The translations under genes and the position numbers were made by a program. From positions 1 through 64,000 of IMG/VR virus record IMGVR_UViG_3300010163_000003: 64,000 nt of DNA. One strand, written 5' to 3'. The DNA comes from a virus. Its lineage: Duplodnaviria; Caudoviricetes. This document shows, one piece after another, positions 59,652 to 64,000 of this stretch. Each line of letters starts with the position of its first letter. Positions within the stretch are counted from its first letter, which is position 1. Under the pieces are notes generated by a model. The model saw nothing but the letters and a program-made list of their open reading frames with translations, made no database searches and had not been told where the DNA came from.

Positions 59652-60383
59652 ATGCAATTAGCACTTGTTAATGGAGACAAACAACTCGTTATCAATTTTG
59701 ATGGATTCAGGGTTGATAGTATTGAAGAAATTAGTGCATTGATGACCGAAGCAGGTAAACTTTTCAACACATATGATAACCATGTTTGTCATTGTAAAGA
59801 GAAGTCAAGCTCTAATGCACCTACTCATGTACCTGCTCCTCCACAAGAGCGTGACTTCTCTGTCCGTGAAAGATTGCCAAACAATGTCGTAGATCTTAGC
59901 ACCTTGAATGTTAAACAAGCTAAAGCATCTAATGTTCTTGTTCGTTGTCCTTCATGTGGTCAGAGTCATTGTGTAATGGTTAAGCTTGAAAATGAAAGTT
60001 ATTTCATGCGTAAAGATTATAAATTACAAGAATTTATAATCATTGGTCATTACCCTGTCGAATTTGATTGTATTAAACATGCATATATTCAATATGGCGA
60101 AAAGCCCAATGATTATTTCAAACGGATACAATCAATGGGAGAAATAAATTCTAATGATTTCAATGTGTCGCCTGACACTGAATTATTTTGCCCTATTTGT
60201 GGCAAGGGTGACGAATTCAAGTCATGGAATGACGCATGGGAACATCCAGAAAAATATTTTGAACATGAGCATATATGTGAAGCATGTGGCGGAGAGTGTT
60301 CTCTTATCGTAAGTAAAGATAATACTGATAACCATATGGACAAATATAAGTGTGAAACATGCGGCTCACTGTGGGATGATTAA
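59652..60383 (+). CDS. Multi-Zn-ribbon hypothetical protein
   Basis: Four CxxCG motifs. Confidence 0.6.
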   Translation: MQLALVNGDKQLVINFDGFRVDSIEEISALMTEAGKLFNTYDNHVCHCKEKSSSNAPTHVPAPPQERDFSVRERLPNNVVDLSTLNVKQAKASNVLVRCPSCGQSHCVMVKLENESYFMRKDYKLQEFIIIGHYPVEFDCIKHAYIQYGEKPNDYFKRIQSMGEINSNDFNVSPDTELFCPICGKGDEFKSWNDAWEHPEKYFEHEHICEACGGECSLIVSKDNTDNHMDKYKCETCGSLWDD

Positions 60384-60393
60384 GGAGGATATT

Positions 60394-60696
60394 ATGAAAA
60401 GTAATGAGATCCGTGAAGTTTTAAAGGCTCTTGAAAGCGATTTGTCTCCTGTGGCCGTAGGCGATTATTCTCCCAACAAAATGGCTCGAATGCTCAGGGA
60501 ACGTGGATTAATTAAATGTACAGCTGACATGAATCGTCTTGCTCTTGAGATGATACAGCAGATAATTAGAGATGGCGATGAAATCCCTGTTCATTATTAC
60601 AATAAGAACGAAGATATGCCTGAAGGCAGCAGAGTTATTAACGACGTCCCTTGTCTTACAGATGATTATATCGCTACTTACATGAGTGGAGAATAA
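60394..60696 (+). CDS. Hypothetical protein
   Basis: aaggagg RBS before ATG 60394. Confidence 0.6.
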   Translation: MKSNEIREVLKALESDLSPVAVGDYSPNKMARMLRERGLIKCTADMNRLALEMIQQIIRDGDEIPVHYYNKNEDMPEGSRVINDVPCLTDDYIATYMSGE

Positions 60697-60744
60697 TATT
60701 CGCCCCTAACGGGGCGATAGTGAATATGTTTAAGGAGGTAGCCA

Positions 60745-61953
60745 ATGTACGACATTGATACTGCCGACTTAAAAGCTCATGCACCTCTTATTCCATATAT
60801 ACAGAATCATTATAAAAATAAAATCATTCCCGAAAAAAGAACTAAAGGGACAGTCTTTTGTAAATGCTTATGGCATCAAGAAGATACACCTTCATTAGCT
60901 TTCTTTGAGAATGGAACGTACAAGTGTTTCGGTTGCGGAGCGCACGGAGATGTTATATCTCTCGTGCGCTCCATTGAAGGTGTAGGCTTTGAAGAGGCAT
61001 GTAAAATTATCGCAGATAATGTAAACTATCCACTTATCATGCGTAATATTAATCCTGCTCATGAAATATATAAAGATAAACTCGATGAATTTAACCGTAG
61101 GTATTGGGCGAATCTTCAGAATAATTCTACTGCATTAAATTATGTCATGAACGTTAGAGGTATTAACGCTAACATGATTGACTTATATAGGCTAGGTTTT
61201 ACCGACTCAGAAGAATATAAATATCGAACTGATATTGGAAATATATCTTCTAAGTTAGTATTCCCAATACTTGAACATCGCAGACGAAAAGCAAAATGCG
61301 TAGGTATGGCTTATAGGACACTAGGCAATGACAAACCTAAGTATCTTAATGACCCTAATCAAGAAGGTAAACAAGGGCAAGATAACGCTTTAATAAATGT
61401 ATTTATTAAGGGCAACATGCTTTATGGTTTACCTCAAGCATACGAGGGCATATCTAAATTCAGATATGCTATTATTGTTGAAGGATATTTCGATGTTATC
61501 AGCTTATATCAAAGTGGATTAACAAATGCAGTAAGTACAATGGGAACTAATATAACAATGGCTCAACTTGATGCATTGAAAAAGATAACAGATAATGTTC
61601 TTATATGTTATGACGGAGATAATGCTGGTATAGAAGCCACTTCTAAAAACATTAAAAAGTTATTAGAGTATGGTTTCAATGTTGCTGTATGTTCTTTAAG
61701 TGCAGGGCAAGACCCTGCTGACTTATGCAAGTCATTAGATTTTAATTATTTTAAAGTTAATGATGCTATTAAAGAACACACAACACAAGGAATAGAATTT
61801 ATTGTTAGTCGAATCGTTCAACATTATGAAAGTATAGTTATTAAAGAAAGAATTAAAGCAGTGAAAGAGGGACTATCTTTTATTGAATGCATTAAAGATC
61901 CATCAATGAAAGAAGTGTTTAAAAATTATTTGAATAAGCGATTGGATATATAA
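60745..61953 (+). CDS. dnaG: DNA primase
   Basis: CHC2 finger (C.WH.EDTPS, CFGCG), PKYLN, VEGYFDV, YDGDNAG TOPRIM. Confidence 0.93.
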   Translation: MYDIDTADLKAHAPLIPYIQNHYKNKIIPEKRTKGTVFCKCLWHQEDTPSLAFFENGTYKCFGCGAHGDVISLVRSIEGVGFEEACKIIADNVNYPLIMRNINPAHEIYKDKLDEFNRRYWANLQNNSTALNYVMNVRGINANMIDLYRLGFTDSEEYKYRTDIGNISSKLVFPILEHRRRKAKCVGMAYRTLGNDKPKYLNDPNQEGKQGQDNALINVFIKGNMLYGLPQAYEGISKFRYAIIVEGYFDVISLYQSGLTNAVSTMGTNITMAQLDALKKITDNVLICYDGDNAGIEATSKNIKKLLEYGFNVAVCSLSAGQDPADLCKSLDFNYFKVNDAIKEHTTQGIEFIVSRIVQHYESIVIKERIKAVKEGLSFIECIKDPSMKEVFKNYLNKRLDI

Positions 61954-61961
61954 GTGAGGTT

Positions 61962-63041
61962 ATGGTATTGAGTAATTTTACTAACTTTGGTTCTAACTAT
62001 TCCAAAGACGAACAAGAACAAATGCTGCATGCTGTTGTTAATGCCGATGGAGTAGACGACACTACTACATTTATTGACATCAATGACAAAATTGATTTTA
62101 AATGTCAGAGATGCGGAGCATGTTGTTTAAATAGAGACGATATACTTCTAAATGCATATGATGTTTATAGGATATCTAAACATCTCGGGATGAGTTGTTT
62201 TGACTTTGTCAAGAGCTATACAGAAATTGGCTTAAGCGGAGACAAAAGGCTTCCAACAATAAAACTTAAAACTAATCAATTAACTGGTTATTGTCCCTTC
62301 CTTATGTTCGATTATATGCATGGCGGCGTTTATAAATGCAAAATCAATGATGTTAAACCTGGAGCATGTGCAAGTCATCCTTTAGGAATTTTATCTATGT
62401 GTGATAGAGATGATACAGATCATATAGAAACTACTCTTGTTAAAGTAGAACAGTGTGACAAAAGTAAAGTTGGAAACATGATTAATGTAAGAGATCATAT
62501 GGCTTATTATTTTAATCATGAAAAAGAATATAACTTAGCTCATATACTGTCTATTACTGTAGCCAATAATTTTGATTGGCGGTTGTTATACTTTATATCA
62601 ATGGCTTGTACTGCAAGTCTCATCAAGAAAGGTCTTCCATTAAAAGATGACATCATGGCATCTACAATAAACGTTGTTGCAAGCGTAGCTCTTCACTATA
62701 TATACTTTGAATATGACATCAATGAATACTTCATTCCGCAGGCAGAAGAAAATCTTGCAATAATTAAACATCTATTCGTCGAACCATTTAACGAACATGA
62801 ATTGTTAATGGAAGCTATGTGCGGTATATTTACGAATTGTACTGGAGAAGATCCTAAAGAAGTATTAAAATACGCCGATGAACATGGCATTGACATAGAG
62901 GACATTCTTAAAGAGTATGCCGATGGTAAGCGTAAAATTGATTACGAAGGATTTAAGAAAAAGAAACATCCTGAAGAAGATAGTAATGACTACGAATACA
63001 GTGACAACGAAGAAGAGGAGGCATACGACGATGAATGCTGA
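61962..63041 (+). CDS. YkgJ-like CxxCxxCC Zn/Fe-chelating protein
   Basis: CQRCGACC, CPFL, C.I...KP.AC..HP. Confidence 0.75.
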   Translation: MVLSNFTNFGSNYSKDEQEQMLHAVVNADGVDDTTTFIDINDKIDFKCQRCGACCLNRDDILLNAYDVYRISKHLGMSCFDFVKSYTEIGLSGDKRLPTIKLKTNQLTGYCPFLMFDYMHGGVYKCKINDVKPGACASHPLGILSMCDRDDTDHIETTLVKVEQCDKSKVGNMINVRDHMAYYFNHEKEYNLAHILSITVANNFDWRLLYFISMACTASLIKKGLPLKDDIMASTINVVASVALHYIYFEYDINEYFIPQAEENLAIIKHLFVEPFNEHELLMEAMCGIFTNCTGEDPKEVLKYADEHGIDIEDILKEYADGKRKIDYEGFKKKKHPEEDSNDYEYSDNEEEEAYDDEC

Positions 63042-63414
63042 TGAAGTTTTTAACGCTCAAGAACTTAAAGCTTTTGAAGCCTTAGATGAAATTAATAAAA
63101 AGGTTAAAGCCCTTGAAAAGGAAAAGAAACGATACAGTGATAAAGTTAAAGCTCTAATGCAAGACAAGAAGGTTGATTCCATAGAGCATGATGGGACCAA
63201 GTTTTCTATTACTAAAAGCGAACGTCACGTTGTTAAGTCATCAAACGATTTTGTATCTAAACTTATATCCATGGGCAAGAAAAGCCTTGTGAGATATGAA
63301 ATTGTTCCAGATGTTGAAAGCATTTTAGCAGAAGTAAATGCTGGCGCATTGGATAAAGATTTCGTTGATGATTATATTAAAGTTACTCCTATTACAACTC
63401 TTCGGTGTACCTGA
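63031..63414 (+). CDS. Hypothetical protein
   Basis: gaggagg RBS before ATG 63031. Confidence 0.6.
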   Translation: MNADEVFNAQELKAFEALDEINKKVKALEKEKKRYSDKVKALMQDKKVDSIEHDGTKFSITKSERHVVKSSNDFVSKLISMGKKSLVRYEIVPDVESILAEVNAGALDKDFVDDYIKVTPITTLRCT

Positions 63415-63965
63415 TGTCCGTTGAGGATATGAAAAATTATCTCTTGCCTTTAGATATTCCACCTGAAGGCAAGAGATACGCCTTAAACTTCTGCAAAAAG
63501 ATAAAATATATGGAGGGACTAAGAAGAAAAGCTGCTACCGATACTGGAAGCAATGTCTCTCTTGGGTATGGAGATATAAATTCTAAAATATGTTTTATCT
63601 TTCAATCGCCTAATGAATTAGGCAAGATAAAAAATAGAGTTCAAAGTGAATTGGACAAGTATTCAATAAATTTCTGGCAAGTATGGACCACCTTTATTGA
63701 TAAAACTAACACAGAATATCCAGACAAATTAACACTGTTGGCTTATGAAATAAATGCTGTAAATCCTACAATTATATATTTTTTTGGAGATAATGAAGAT
63801 ATATATAACGATACAATAAATAGTATTTATAACTGTAAGCCTAGTAATTTACAAAAACACTTCTTCATTGACATTAATGATTTAGGTTCTGATAATCCAG
63901 ATATTAAATCTGTACTATGGAAGAAGATGCATTACCTTATAAACTACCAAACAATAGATAAGTAA
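63405..63965 (+). CDS. Hypothetical protein, possibly a second degenerate UDG-fold protein
   Basis: GYGDINSKICFIF, VW.TFIDK, EI..VNP.II..FG resemble the UDG fold. Confidence 0.4.
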   Translation: MYLMSVEDMKNYLLPLDIPPEGKRYALNFCKKIKYMEGLRRKAATDTGSNVSLGYGDINSKICFIFQSPNELGKIKNRVQSELDKYSINFWQVWTTFIDKTNTEYPDKLTLLAYEINAVNPTIIYFFGDNEDIYNDTINSIYNCKPSNLQKHFFIDINDLGSDNPDIKSVLWKKMHYLINYQTIDK

Positions 63966-64000
63966 AGGAGAATTACATTGAGTGATTCTAAAGGATTTAA

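Noticed and set aside
78-62905. Numerous minus-strand ORFs in the six-frame track
   Set aside because: They are shadows of plus-strand genes with no RBS or recognisable motifs.

Overview
This window is a 64-kb, AT-rich, almost entirely plus-strand segment of what looks like a large lytic phage of a Bacillota (Clostridia-like) host. This assignment is inferred from gene content, SigA-type promoters and strong GGAGG RBSs; no structural genes or integrase are present here. It encodes a single-subunit YonO-like RNA polymerase and a replication/recombination block: DnaE, DnaN, DnaG, SSB, RecA, PcrA/UvrD, SNF2 helicase and a split SbcCD. It also carries MoxR/RavA-VWA, GroES, Dam and a tRNA cluster. 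Five group I introns are resolvable to the nucleotide: one in RNAP, one in tRNA-Leu(UAA), two in DnaE and one in PcrA; four of them carry homing endonucleases. The standout is 20951-25428. A solitary Cas7/RAMP-like gene (23715-24446) and a conserved accessory gene flank 12 non-coding ~60-75 nt modules built of 5-nt NYA-NN units and punctuated by long RNA stems. Reading only the variable NN dinucleotides as codon positions 1-2, module 22749-22814 spells KGKVAELALGY. Module 23383-23452, read as reverse complement, spells FIVGHVHDEIIIE. These match motifs B and C of the family-A DNA polymerases of Firmicutes temperate phages. This points to a wobble-insensitive, gapped-code RNA-guided anti-phage system, VIPR-like in architecture. 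Other notable items: 18 dispersed C-TAAC-G hairpins, tRNA-like RNAs with expanded anticodon loops, an arc/sar/ant-like antisense module and an RBS-sequestering hairpin over the endolysin start. All protein family calls come from motif recognition by eye, not from database searches.
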